Assembly (NCBI RefSeq): GCF_006345805.1
Contig: NC_043007.1
Coordinates: 26,598,001 to 26,662,000, forward strand
Origin: Octopus sinensis
Taxonomy: Eukaryota
Direction: 5' to 3'
Length of the DNA: 64,000 nucleotides
In this document: positions 39,349 through 52,169 of the stretch, piece by piece
Layout: every line of letters begins with the position of its first letter
Numbering within the stretch: position 1 is the stretch's first letter
Position numbers and translations under genes: made by a program
Notes under the pieces: generated by a model
What the model saw: the letters and a program-made list of their open reading frames with translations, nothing else
Database searches by the model: none
What the model was told of the DNA's origin: nothing

Positions 39349-40505
39349 AAGGCGGCAAGCTGGCAGAAACGTTAGCACGCCGAGCGAAATGCTTAGCAGC
39401 ATTTCGTCTGCCGTTATGTTCTCAGTTCAAATTCCGCCGAGGTCGACTTTGCCTTTCATCCTTTCGGTGTCGATAAATAAAGTACCAGTTTCGCACTGGG
39501 GTCGATGTAATCGACTTAATCCGTTTGTCTGTCTGTCCTTGTTTGTCCTCTCTGTGTTTAGCCCCTTGTGGGTAGTAAAGAAATGGGTATTTCGTCTGCC
39601 GTTACGTTCTGAGTTCAAATTCCGCCGAGGTCGACTTTGCCTGTCATCCTTTCGGTGTCGATAAATAAAGTACCATTTTCGCACTGGGGTCGATGTAATC
39701 GACTTAATCCCTTTGTCTGTCCTTGTTTGTCCTCTCTGTGTTTAGCCCCTTGTGGGTAGTAAAGAAATGGTTATTTCGTCTGCCGTTACGTTCTGAGTTC
39801 AAATTCCGCCGAGGTCGACTCTGCCTTTCATCCTTTCGGTGTCGATAAATAAAGTACCAGTTTCGCACTGGGGTCGATGTAATCGACTTAATCTCTTTGT
39901 CTGTCCTTGTTTGTCCTCTCTGTGTTTAGCCCCTTGTGGGTAGTAAAGAAATGGTTATTTCGTCTGCCGTTACGTTCTGAGTTCAAATTCCGCCGAGGTC
40001 GACTCTGCCTTTCATCCTTTCGGTGTCGATAAATAAAGTACCAGTTTCGCACTGGGGTCGATGTAATCGACTTAACCCCTTTGTCTGTCCTTGTTTGTCC
40101 TCTCTGTGTTTAGCCCCATGTGGGTAGTAAAGAGATGGGTATTTCGTCTGCCGTTATGTTCTGAGTTCAAATTCCGCCGAGGTCGACTTTGCCTTTCATC
40201 CTTTCGGTGTCGATAAAAAAAGTACCAGTTTCGAACTGGGGGTCCATGTAATTGACTTAATCCCTTTGTCTGACCTTGTTTGTCCTCTCTGTGTTTAGTC
40301 CATTGTGGGTAGTAAAGAAATGGGTATTTCGTCTGCCATTACGTTCTGAGTTCAAATTCCGCCGAGGTCGACTTTGCCTTTCATCCTTTCGGAGTCGATA
40401 AATAAAGTACCAGTTTCGCACTGGGGTCGATGTAATCGACTTAATTCGTTTGTCTGTCCTTGTTTGTCCCTCTCGGTGTTTAGCCCCTTGTGGGCAGTAA
40501 AAAAA
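39349..40505 (+). mobile_element. SINE family B concatemer: one head plus six bodies of about 184-188 bp
   Basis: Body starts at about 39400, 39588, 39772, 39956, 40140 and 40325. Degenerate target duplication attcctttaaaatgga (39333-39348) / attccctttagaatgga (40506-40522). Confidence 0.92.
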
Positions 40506-40740
40506 ATTCCCTTTAGAATGGAGTTGACTACTTGAACTTCCGCAATAACAATACAAGGTTACAACGTAGAATTTTGAAGCGTGGAATTAACTTGAGCGCC
40601 AGTACTTCACTCATACTTAATTCTAACAACATAGAACAGGATTAAAGGAAAAGTTGACCTCTGACTTGAACTCAGAAATCTGCCGTCTTGTCCAGTGTAA
40701 TAATTCGCTTTGATCTAAGCCGAAAGGAAAAGAAAATAAT

Positions 40741-40974
40741 TGTTTCTTTATTACCCACAAGGGGCTATACATAGAGAGGACAAACAAGGACAGACAAAGG
40801 GATTAAGTCGATTACATCGACCCCAGTGCGTAACTAATACTTAATTTATCGACCACGAAAGGATGAAAGGCAAAGTCGACTTCGGCGGAATTTGAACTCA
40901 GAATGTAACGGCGGGCAAAATACCGCTTAGCATTTCGTCCGGCGTGCTAACGATTCTGCCAGCTCGCCGCCTTT
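40741..40974 (-). mobile_element. SINE family B, full-length monomer
   Basis: 16-bp target duplication aggaaaagaaaataat at 40725-40740 and 40975-40990. Confidence 0.92.
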
Positions 40975-41029
40975 AGGAAAAGAAAATAATGACAATGATG
41001 GCGCATTTCGCGGCAACAGAAGTGACATC

Positions 41030-41526
41030 GACGATGGCGACGGCGGCGGAGATAGTGACGACGGACATGGTGACGGTGGAGAATGGTGACGGAGTACATG
41101 GTGACCGAGGCGAAGGATGAGTTGTTGGCGGTGGAGGAGGACGATGAGGCAGTAGAGGAAGAGGTGACGTTGGAGGTGCTGGTGGTGGTGGTGGTGGAGG
41201 TAGCGGAGTTGATGGTGACAGCGGTGGAAGCGACGGTAACAGAAGTGCTGGTGGTGGTGGTGGTGTTGTGGTTGGTGGTGGTAGTCATGGGGGCGGTGTT
41301 GGTGGCAACGAGGTGAGTAGTGGCGGCGGAGATGGTGGTAATGAAATGAGTGATGGTGGCAGTGACAATGGCCGAGTTCATAGTGGCGTCTATTTTGTTG
41401 CTGTTGCTCTTCCTATTGTTGGTGGTGGTAGTGTCAGATTGTTGTGAGGTGTGGTCGGAGTTATGATGACGGTGGACATAAAGTTTTTGTTGTTGTTTGC
41501 GGTGGTGGTCGTCGTCGTTATGGAGT

Positions 41527-41597
<71 letters not shown>

Positions 41598-41745
41598 ATG
41601 ATGATGATGATGATGATGTTCATGATGATGATGATGATGGTGATGATGTTGAGGATGACGTTGAAGACGGGTGTGGAAGAGGAAGTGGAAGTTGTTGATG
41701 ATGAAGATGATGACCATGATGAAGATGATGATGATGATGATGATA

Positions 41746-41801
<56 letters not shown>

Positions 41802-41803
41802 GG

Positions 41804-41855
<52 letters not shown>
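41030..41855. repeat. (GGT)-rich low-complexity sequence followed by long (GAT)n tracts
   Basis: Seen directly. Confidence 0.95.
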
Positions 41856-42071
41856 GGATCGTGCAACAAGAAGTTGCAGCTGGCAACGGGTTTTGAATTA
41901 TAGCGGCGGCTGGGCGTCGACAATCTGCAACTCGCTTCACAGCACATCTATAATTCAGTGCAAGCGTACCACAGCAGATAGCGAGAGAGAGGGAATGACG
42001 TCAGGCAGAGAGATAGTGCTTGACTGTTTCTATGGCCAGCCTACTGTTGAGACAGACTGGGAGAATAGGGT

Positions 42072-42140
<69 letters not shown>

Positions 42141-42169
42141 GTAGGTAGGCAGGTAGGTAGGTATGTAGC

Positions 42170-42262
<93 letters not shown>

Positions 42263-42360
42263 GGGATGGATGGATATATGTATGTATATTTGTATGCATA
42301 CATGTATGTGTGATAGATAAATAGATAGATGTATGTGTATGTAGGTGTGTAAAATACATA

Positions 42361-42766
42361 TACTCTTTTACTCTTTTACTTGTTTCAGTCATTTGACTGC
42401 GGCCATGCTGGAGCACCGCCTTTAGTCGAGCAAATCGACCCCGGGACTTATTCTTTGTAAGCCCAGTACTTATTTTATCTGTCTCTTTTGCCGAACCGCT
42501 AAGTGACGGGGACGTAAACACACCAGCATCGGTTGTCAAGCAATGCTAGGGGGACAAACACAGACACACAAACACACACACACATATATATACATATACA
42601 TATATACGACAGGCTTCTTTCAGTTTCCGTCTACCAAATCCACTCACAAGGCATTGGTCGGCCCGGGGCTATAGCAGAAGACACTTGCCCAAGATGCCAC
42701 GCAGTAGGACTGAACCCGGAACCATGTGGCTGGTAAGCAAGCTACTTACCACACAGCCACTCCTGC
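42361..42766 (-). mobile_element. SINE family A, full length
   Basis: Head acacagccactcctgc, CORE, central (AC/AT), tail tactcttttactc. Confidence 0.92.
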
Positions 42767-43103
42767 GCCTATACCTACATAATATATATAAACATGTGTG
42801 TATATATGTATATATGCATGTATGTATGTATATACACACACACACACACACACACATCTGCATATGCAGATATATATGCGTTAGTATGTGAAAGAGTTAC
42901 AAACTATTTATGTGTATATGTGCGTGTGTGTGTGTGTGTGTATACATGTATATATACATATATATACCGGAGTAAACACATAAATGTGAAACAAGGTGGA
43001 AAAAAGAGTACTCAAATACCAGTGGTAGAGTAATATGCTTTATTTAAAGCAGCAGAAAATTCAACAAAACCTGTTACTCTGAGTTTCCCGTTGCCGTTCA
43101 TAG

Positions 43104-43179
<76 letters not shown>

Positions 43180-43329
43180 GAGAGACAGAGAGAGACAGAG
43201 AGAGACAGAGAGAGATAGGTAGGTAGGTAGTAGGTAGGTAGGTAGGTAGGTAGGTAGGTAGGTAAGCACCTAGCTCGGTTGCTATGTTGCTCCGTAAGTA
43301 GGTGCATACATAACATAGGTATATACATA

Positions 43330-43530
43330 CACAGCTGGCAGAAACGTTAGCACGGCGGGCGAAATGCTTAGCGGCATTTCGTCTGTTTTTAAGTTCAAAT
43401 TCTGCCGAGGTCGACCTCGCATTTCACCCTTTCTGGATCGATAAATTAAGTACCAGTTGCGTACTTGAATCGATCTAATCGACTGGCCCCCTCCCCAAAA
43501 CTTTTGGTCCTTGTGCCCAGAATAGAAAAG
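43330..43530 (+). mobile_element. SINE family B variant with an alternative tail ending agaatagaaaagaa
   Basis: agctggcagaaacgttagcac head and body; the same alternative tail occurs at about 45860-45930. Confidence 0.75.
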
Positions 43531-43693
43531 AACATACATACATACATACATACATACATACATACATACATACATACATACATACATGCATACATACATA
43601 CATACATACATACATACATGCATACATACATGCATACATACATGCATACATACATCTGAAACAATACTTATTGTTACAATCATACATAATTAC

Positions 43694-44010
43694 ATTGTTG
43701 TTTGTTGTTTGTTCCTTCTCGAGCCACGCCTGGCTCATAAGAACCGGTTTTCCGGTTTCCTTGGCGTATAGCTTCCCCACCTGGACGGGACGCCGGTCCA
43801 TCGCAGGTGAGCTGCAAGATGCAGGAAGAAAGAGTGAGTTATAGTTGTGGTGAAAGAGTCAGCAGAAGTTCGCCATTACCTTCTGCCGGAGCGGCGTGGG
43901 GCTTAGGTGTTTCGCTCATAAAAACACACACATCACCCGGTCTGAGATTCGAACCCGCGATCCCTCAACCCTGAATCCGCTACTTAAACCACTAGGCCAT
44001 ATGCCGCCAC
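43694..44010 (-). mobile_element. tRNA-derived SINE family D (head gtggaggcgcaatggcccagtggttag)
   Basis: Homologous to 44995-45297, 52784-53095, 54703-54945 and 62321-62465. Confidence 0.8.
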
Positions 44011-44218
44011 TACATATTTACATACATGTCCAAAATATCGAGTATACTTAATTACCGAGAGTGGCAACAAGGCAGAATCGGTAGTACGCCGAGTAAAACA
44101 CTTTTTTTGGCCTGCCTTTACGTTCTGAGTTCACATTAATTTCACGTAACCGACGGAGTGCTAAATGACCTCGTGTGTACCGTTGGCGATTTTTTTCTTC
44201 TGACTTCCCTTCTCCTAT

Positions 44219-44253
44219 GTTTCCGACGAAGAGCTCCGCTCGAAACGTTAAAC
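44219..44253 (+). ncRNA. Minimal hammerhead-like motif with a U4C core change, in a PLE-like repeat fragment (44175-44275)
   Basis: GUUU-CCGACGA-A-GAGC(UCC)GCUC-GAA-ACGU-U/AAAC; same family as 59439. Confidence 0.55.
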
Positions 44254-44394
44254 CCTCCTTCTTTCCTTCTTTCCTTGTAAATATATGCTCTCCTAAATTG
44301 TACTGAGTTCACCTTCAGTTAACGCTAAATTGTTTTTATATAACTTCACAAAAAACACATAAATATATAATAAAAAATAAATGCACCCTTTTAA

Positions 44395-44627
44395 AGCCTA
44401 GCCAGACTCATGGGCCCGGTTTCCCGGTTTCTATGGCGTGTTTCCCAGCTGGACGGGACAACCAGTCCATCACAGCGTTGCTCATTTTTGCCAGCTGAGT
44501 GGACTGGAGCAACGTGAAATGAAGTGTTTTGCTCAAGAACACAACGCGTCGCCCGGTCCAGGAATCGAAACCACAATCTTACGATCATGATCCTGACACC
44601 CTTAACCAGTAAGCCACGCGCCTCCAC
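44395..44627 (-). mobile_element. SINE family C
   Basis: ...gtgtttgctcaagaacacaacgcg...aagccacgcgcctccac. Confidence 0.82.
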
Positions 44628-44994
44628 GCACAACAATATATCTATCTCTATATAAGCACACACACACAAGCTTAAACACATTTTAATTTGTACAATTTAT
44701 ATCAAGGTCTCTACCTGTTTTGATTGGATCTGTTTTGGATCAGTGATTCTACACTAGTATTACTCCTTCAGTGGAGCACTTCTAGATATTCCAGGAAACA
44801 CACAGGAACAAATATCTGAATATTTCTTGGGGAAAATATCGTGTTTCCAAACAGGAAATCATTTGAAAAATCTTGTCCAGTAGACCGTGTCTTATTTACA
44901 AATAGCGTGAGATGGAGAGATATCTATTTTAATTAGCAACAAGTAGACGAGCAATATAAAAAATTCGGTTTCATATATCCTATATATATATCGT

Positions 44995-45297
44995 GTGGAG
45001 GTACATGGCCAAGCGGTTAGAGAAGCGGACTCGCGGTCGAAGAATCGCGGGTTCGAATCTCATTCAGGGCGATGTGTGTTTTTATGAGCGAAACACCTAA
45101 GATCCACGCGGCTCCGGGAGAAGGTAATGCTAAACTTCTGTCGACTCTTTCGCCGCAACTTTTTCCCACTCTTTACTCTTGCATCATGCAGCTCACCTTC
45201 GACGGACCGGCTTCCCGTCCAGCTGGGGTAGCTATACGCCAAGGAAACCGGGAAACCGGCCCTTATGAGCCAGGCGTGGCTCGAGAAGGAACAAACA
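44995..45297 (+). mobile_element. SINE family D
   Basis: gtggaggtacatggccaagcggttagag (A box), gggttcgaatct (B box), tail ctcgagaaggaacaaacaa. Confidence 0.82.
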
Positions 45298-45491
45298 ATA
45301 TATATCGTATCTTGTAATTCCTTTCTAATTACTTGAGGTCTTAGATTCAGAAAAAAGTCTAATTCTTTCCAGTATTATTTGACTAGCAGAATAAAAATAC
45401 ATGTAGTGCCCTACCATGGCCACAATCTTAGGGCGCAAACGTATAAAAGAATACAATAATAAAAGAATCTGAAATTTTAATACCGTGCATT

Positions 45492-45930
45492 CAAAGGCGG
45501 TGAGCTGGCAGAAACGTTAGCACACCGGTCGCAATGCTTAGTGGTATTTCGTCTGTCTTTATGTTCTGAGTTCAAATTTCAAAGGATGAAAGGCAAAGGT
45601 CGACTTTGCCTTTAATCCTTTCGGGGTCGATAAATTAAGTACCAGTTACGCACTGGGGTCAATGTAATCGAATTAATCCCTTTGTTTGTCCCCCCTTTTT
45701 TTAGCCCCTTGTGGGCAATAAAGAAATAAGAAACGTTAGCATACTGGGCGCAATGCTTAGCGGTTTTCGTCTGTCTTTACGTTCTGAGTTCAAATTCCGC
45801 CGAAGTCAACTTTGCCTTTCATCCTTTCGTGGAGTGATAAATTAAGTACCAGTTACATACTGGGGTGGATCTAATCGACTGGCCCAATACCCCAAAATTT
45901 CAGGCCTTGTGCCTAGAGTAGAAAAAGAAT
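45492..45930 (+). mobile_element. SINE family B dimer or chimera
   Basis: The first copy ends aaagaaata and restarts at agaaacgttagc; the second copy has the alternative tail. Confidence 0.8.
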
Positions 45931-46434
45931 CTTTAGCACGTTGGACGAAATGCTAAGCGGCATTTTTCCCGCTATTTACCACCTGAATTCAAATTATCTC
46001 GAGATTGACTTTGCTTTAATATTCTTTCGTGGTCGATAAAATAATATATTCAAGTACCGACGTCTTGTCTCTTCTTCTCACTAATCTCTTGTCTGGAACC
46101 CTGTAACAGACCGGAGTCCCCTTCAGGGTAATGTTGTAACTTCGTTATATATACACCATCGAAACCTGGCAAGCAGCTTTAAGATTCCTATAGCGCAAGA
46201 AGAAAAACATGTTGATTCAGAACAGGCTAGAAATTTGTACGGATTTATTCGTTGCTGTCAATAAAAATTATTGTAAAACGAGTCGATAAATTAAGTACCA
46301 GTTGCGTACTGGGGTCAATCTAATCGACTGCCACCTCCCCTGAAATTTCGAGCTTTGTGTGTATGACAACTATTTTCCGTCTTTGAAGAACAGAATGGAG
46401 TAAGTGGAGCAAGAGCACACACGACTTATAAATA

Positions 46435-46600
46435 AGGAGTGGCTGTGTGGTAGGTAGCTTGCTTACCAGCCACATGGTTCTGGTTTCAGTCCCACTGCGC
46501 GGCACCTTGGGCAAGTGTCTTCTGCTATAGCCTCGGGCCGACCAATGCCTTGTGAGTGGATTTGGTAGACGGAAACTGAAAGAAGCCTGTCGTATATATG

Positions 46601-46631
<31 letters not shown>

Positions 46632-46852
46632 ATATATGTTTGTGTGTCTGTGTTTGTCCCCCCAGCATTGCTTGACAACCGATGCTGGTGTGTTTACGTC
46701 CCCGTCACTTAGCGGTTCGGCAAAGGAGACCGATTGAATAAGTACTAGGCTTACAAAGAATAAGTCCTGGGGGGTCGATTTGATCGACTAAAGGCGGTGC
46801 TCCAGCATGGCCACAGTCAAATGACTGAAACAAGTAATAGAGTAATAGAGTA
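46435..46852 (+). mobile_element. SINE family A, full length
   Basis: aggagtggctgtgtggtag head, accttgggcaagtgtc CORE, (gagtaata) tail. Confidence 0.92.
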
Positions 46853-47434
46853 ATATAAATACACGCACGCACACACATATAGACACAAACAAATCTATAC
46901 AAGCGCAAACGTACTCGTATATGTGCATACGTGTTTATATGCGGAGGCGTGTTGGTCTGTAACAAAACTTTCCAAGTTTTATATATTTTCGAAGTTTTAT
47001 ATGTTTTATTTCTCCCATAAAATTTTCAATGTCCGGGATTGAATTGGTCTTATGACACACCTGGAGATCATCAACGACACACCTAGAAATTATTGGTGAC
47101 ATGCGGATTTAAAAATGTCAGATATGTATACATTCACTGAATCCGAATAAATTTCAAAGAGGCTTGTGGTTACTTAAAAGATATGTATACAAGGCGTTAG
47201 CAGCACGCTTCTTTTGTATTGAAATTATAGGTGCCTTGTGTCAAAATTCCGTTGTTAGCCCAAACAAAGGTCACACTGTATCTTTGATTTGAAGCTCCTG
47301 TTCCTATACGGTTGCGCTTTATCTACAATAAACCAGGTCATTTTGAATTTATGAGGACTTGTCTCACGCATGAACCAATAAACTTCGACAAAACCGAAAC
47401 TCGTTTTCTGTCGGAGCTGTCAAATTAATTACTC

Positions 47435-47580
47435 TGTTACTGTTTTACTGTGGTCATGCTGGAGCACTGCCTTCAAACCCCAGGACTTATTCTTTGTAAG
47501 CCTAGTACTTATTCTATCGGTCTCTTTTGCCGAACCCCTAAGTTACAGGAATATAAACACACAAGCATCGGTTGTCAAGA
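47435..47580 (-). mobile_element. SINE family A, 3' fragment
   Basis: gactgtggtcatgctggagcac...ggacttattctttgtaagcctagtac. Confidence 0.75.
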
Positions 47581-47934
47581 GATAGTAAAACCTCATCTTA
47601 TGGGGACCTGCTCCTTGACACCCCGTTTTTATGTGTTTTATTTTTCAAGCACACGATGCAAATTTTGAACGAAGTGCAAATGTTTCTACTACCGTTAGAA
47701 ATACTTCGTGTTACCGAGAAATTTACAGAGAACTAAAAACGCTTCTTCTAAGCAAACAGCTCAAGAATTGCATTTTTTAACAGGTGCTTGTGAATCGTCG
47801 AACGCGTCTACAAGTGATAGTGTGCGCGAGTCTCGTACGGGTGAAAGTGATTCAGAAAGCGATAATAATAATAATAATACGTTTAAATATTTGTTGTGCA
47901 AGATTTTTTATGTGAAGTCGTGTGTTGAAACAGA

Positions 47935-48229
47935 TATTGTTATATTTCGGAATGGTCATATTGCCAGTTTAGCCAATAAAAACACACGCACTATATATTT
48001 GGTGTTATTTTGCTTCAGTGTTATTTATTTTTTACATCAATCTTAATCTTATTTCGGCCAGAGTTCTTTCGTCACACTCCTGTGACTGCATCAGTGTTCC
48101 TTTGTTTTCTGGCCGAAATAAGATTAATGTAAAAAATAAATAACACTGAAGCAAAATAACACCAAATATATAGTGCGTGTGTTTTTATTGGCTAAACTGG
48201 CAATATGACTATTCCGAAATATAACAATA
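47935..48229. repeat. Fold-back inverted repeat (arms 47935-48062 / 48108-48229, 45-nt loop)
   Basis: Arms are complementary apart from one indel of about 6 nt and 1-2 substitutions; flanked by (AAT)n. Confidence 0.93.
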
Positions 48230-49053
48230 ATAATAATATTTTTTATCATAAATAATTTTCACATACTTTTTACTGTACATTCTTTACATCCTACTTTACA
48301 ATCTTTACATTCTACAGCTGTTTTATTGACATATATTTACGCGTATTATAAATTTTCCGGGAACGAATTACTATTCATAACATTACAATCATGGAAACGT
48401 ACAGCTCAGCTTTACGTGTTATCGCTTTACGAGCTGTTTCCTGAACAAATTAACGCATATATCGAGGCATTACTCTCTCCCCACCTCTCTCTCTGTTACT
48501 CGTAATTTAATACTATACCTTGTAGTGGTGATACATTAATGCGTATGTAGTGTTAACACGTAATTATTATTACTTAAATTAATTTCAGTTGTGTTTGTTT
48601 TATTTTGGAGAGATTCATATAAAGTTTTAACTTGCATTATCGTAGTAACTATGGAAGACTGGTGGGATTATTATTTGTATGGACGTTTTATGAAAGTTAG
48701 TGTTTAATTCTGCCTATAATTTTATTGATTGAAACAATGTAGTTATTAACCTTTTTTTATTATGCTACGGAAGACGGTAGGGATTATAATTCTTGTATAA
48801 CTGAATAGATTCGTTACTGTTTAGTTACGTATTTAGGTGATGGTTGTAATGTACCGACCGATACGGTTGTACTTAGGGTAAATTTGTTTAAAAGTTGTGG
48901 TTTCTTTGGGTTGTTTTAGTGCTGTTGAAAACGGCGGATGGAAAGGTACCGCCCAGGTGTTAAAAACCATAATGATATCCGTGTGGCAGCTGATGATATA
49001 GGTATGTTGAATTATTGGTATGGTGCGGGAATAGTATTAAAACACATCTTTTT

Positions 49054-49114
<61 letters not shown>

Positions 49115-49152
49115 GTATGTATATATATATATATGTATATATATGTGTATAT

Positions 49153-49197
<45 letters not shown>

Positions 49198-49247
49198 TAT
49201 ATATACACACATATATATATAGAGAGAGAGAGTGTGTGTGTGTGTGT

Positions 49248-49290
<43 letters not shown>

Positions 49291-49509
49291 CTAAATACAT
49301 GCATGAAAGCTTGTATGTACATATATACATCTATAAAATGTATGCATACATATCTATATTCGCATTTAATTAGATGTTATATATACAATTAGAAACGTAG
49401 CTTTCTACGAAATAAATATTCATTAACATACATATAGACAGCCATACATACAAATACATGCATATGTACATACACACGCACATATGTATATGTATATATA
49501 TATTTATGT

Positions 49510-49577
<68 letters not shown>

Positions 49578-50231
49578 ATGCATGTATATATGTATATATG
49601 CATGTATATATATAAATCATGCTTTCCGTCATCACGTGCAAAGCACTTCGTGTAATGGAGCGTTTCGTGAACGCCCTCAGGCAATTTCTCAACTACAATT
49701 TCGATAACGAAACATTAATTGTACGTTCCTTCGTATCATCGCTATTTTCATGACACGTCGCCCTATATATTGTCATAATAATTATGTCTACCTATGTAGA
49801 CTCTATATGTATATATATATGTATGTATATATATATGTATATGTATATATATATATACACCCACGTATATATCTACATACACACACGCATATATATATAT
49901 ATATACACATACGTACATATACATATATTCATATTTATACATTATATATTTTGTTTCTAACGAGCGAAGCTAGAAGTACTTATTACGATAGTAAAGTGTA
50001 TTAGATTGAGCTAATCAAGTGCTCTTCATTCTTGGGTTTTCCTCGCCCCCAGCTCCACTCCTTGGTGGTTCCTGAGATTGGAAGATACTGGTTAGAGACT
50101 ATTGCTGCCTGTCGGAATGAGTATGCGTCGCGGAAACATCAGGTTAATAGGGTTTAGGATAGGCATATATCCACACACACATTTGCACACCCACACACAC
50201 ATACACACAAACACACAAACACACTCAGACA

Positions 50232-50286
<55 letters not shown>

Positions 50287-50446
50287 ATAGTATAACGTAT
50301 GGTTTCATAGAATCGTGGTGAATATTCGGGACTGTGAGCAGCAACCCACACCTTTCTTTGGGGTTTGATAAAACCTTAACACGTTTTTCGAAATTTTGAT
50401 AAATATGAACTTGTTTGTCGTCAGAGTTTTTCAGAACGACTCCGAG

Positions 50447-50961
50447 TTAAAAGAGATAGCCTGCCCCCCATTCATTTATGAGAAGAAAAAAACCGTTGAA
50501 TAGCCAGCGCTAAAATTCGAAACAGCTAAAGAGTATAGTAACATAAAATAAGATATTATAATAATATATTAAGATATATTGAATACTATATAATATTGTT
50601 GGCTATAGCAATTAAAACCAAAAACGTAAAATTGATAAATGAAGTTGCAAAATAGGACCTACAGTTCCTGGCAGTGAGAGCCAAAATTCAGCTCGAACTG
50701 CCCTCGCTTTTCAACGGTTCTTTCTCGTGAACGAATGGGAGACAGACTATCTCTTTTAACCCAGAGTAATTGTGGAAACCTCTTACGAGAAACAAGATCA
50801 TATTGATCAAATTTCGAAATCACGTCATAAGGTTTTATCAAATTACTTCATTCTGTGAGTGTATCTCCCCAAAGAAAGTTGTGGTTTACTGCACGCTGTC
50901 CCCAATATTTCATGAGGTTACTGCTTTTGAACGGCTGTACGAGTTAAATTTTGGCTCTCAT
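50447..50961. mobile_element. Decayed MITE-like inverted repeats (50447-50520 / 50690-50765, and tgagagccaaaatt at about 50675 / 50961)
   Basis: Imperfect reverse-complement matches seen by eye. Confidence 0.5.
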
Positions 50962-51004
50962 TTCTAGCAATTGTAGGTGCTATATTGCACCCTCATACAA
51001 GCAT

Positions 51005-51055
<51 letters not shown>

Positions 51056-51451
51056 TACATGCATAAACATATACATACGCATACACATGTATATGTGTAT
51101 GTAATACATATATATAAGCGCAAGTGATATAATTTTGTCGTATAAGTTGGTTTATTAAAACGGCCAAGGTGCCGTGCAGTGGAACTGATCCCAGAAACAT
51201 GTGGTCGGTGAGCAAGCTACTTACAACACAGCCACTTATATGTAAAAACACTTACATGTGATGAAAATCACTTGTAGCAAGGGATATATGTGCATTTGTA
51301 TAGTTAGCATACGGTATAAGATAGTCGAAACGTGGTTCAATAATTCGCACAAGTGCTCCTGTTCTCAATAATACATTGTGTCAACGCGGACATTTCTGTG
51401 TAGTAGGATTATTGACCGCTATAATGATCTCAAAATAACAGCGACAATAAA

Positions 51452-51454
<3 letters not shown>

Positions 51455-51486
<32 letters not shown>

Positions 51487-51506
51487 CATTATTATTATTA
51501 TTATTA

Positions 51507-51560
<54 letters not shown>

Positions 51561-51590
51561 GGTGAGGAGGAAGACGGGGAGGTGGAGGAA

Positions 51591-51626
<36 letters not shown>

Positions 51627-51650
51627 TAATAATAATAATAATAATAATAA
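51455..51650. repeat. (TAT)n-(TAG)n-(TAA)n compound microsatellite
   Basis: Seen directly. Confidence 0.96.
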
Positions 51651-52169
51651 CTAAAACTTCGACAAATAAAAAATATTTCTTTATATGATAATAATAACAA
51701 TAATAAGAATCGATGTTTCTGAACAATTGATCCTTATTGAAAAACGTAGATGTTTGTAGTTTATTTTTCTCGTTATCTTATAGTTTCGCAGACCGTATTT
51801 TATTTCAGATGTGTTAAATTATGTGCGTACATGAGCGCGCGCGTGTGTACGCATGTACGCGCGTGTGTGCGTGTGTCAATTGGTGCATATCTGTTTTTTT
51901 TTATATATTTTATTTGACTTATCGATTTATGAGTTCTATTTTTCTTTAATTTATTTTGTCCATATTTTATTTTGTACACTAGCTATAAAAAACGCCCTCC
52001 AAGTGAAGTTCCACTTGATCTTATAGTAAAAAAATATATATAAATATATGTAACACATGCGTGCTTGTATGACATTATTTTCCTGAATTTTCTAGTATTG
52101 AAGAACCTACACTCACACACACACATTGTAGGGATACATTCTGAGTAAATGCTTCTGTAGCTGTGAGTT

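Noticed and set aside
43081-43103. Truncated hammerhead-like motif (minus; CUAUGA-ACG GCAA CGG-GAAACUC)
   Set aside because: The core is incomplete and the 5' strand of stem I is replaced by (AT)n
47800-47860. Acceptor-like ttgcattttttaacag followed by a Ser-rich frame (ACESSNASTSDSVRESRT)
   Set aside because: It runs into an (AAT)n-flanked repeat, has no homology I can recognise, and may be TE-derived
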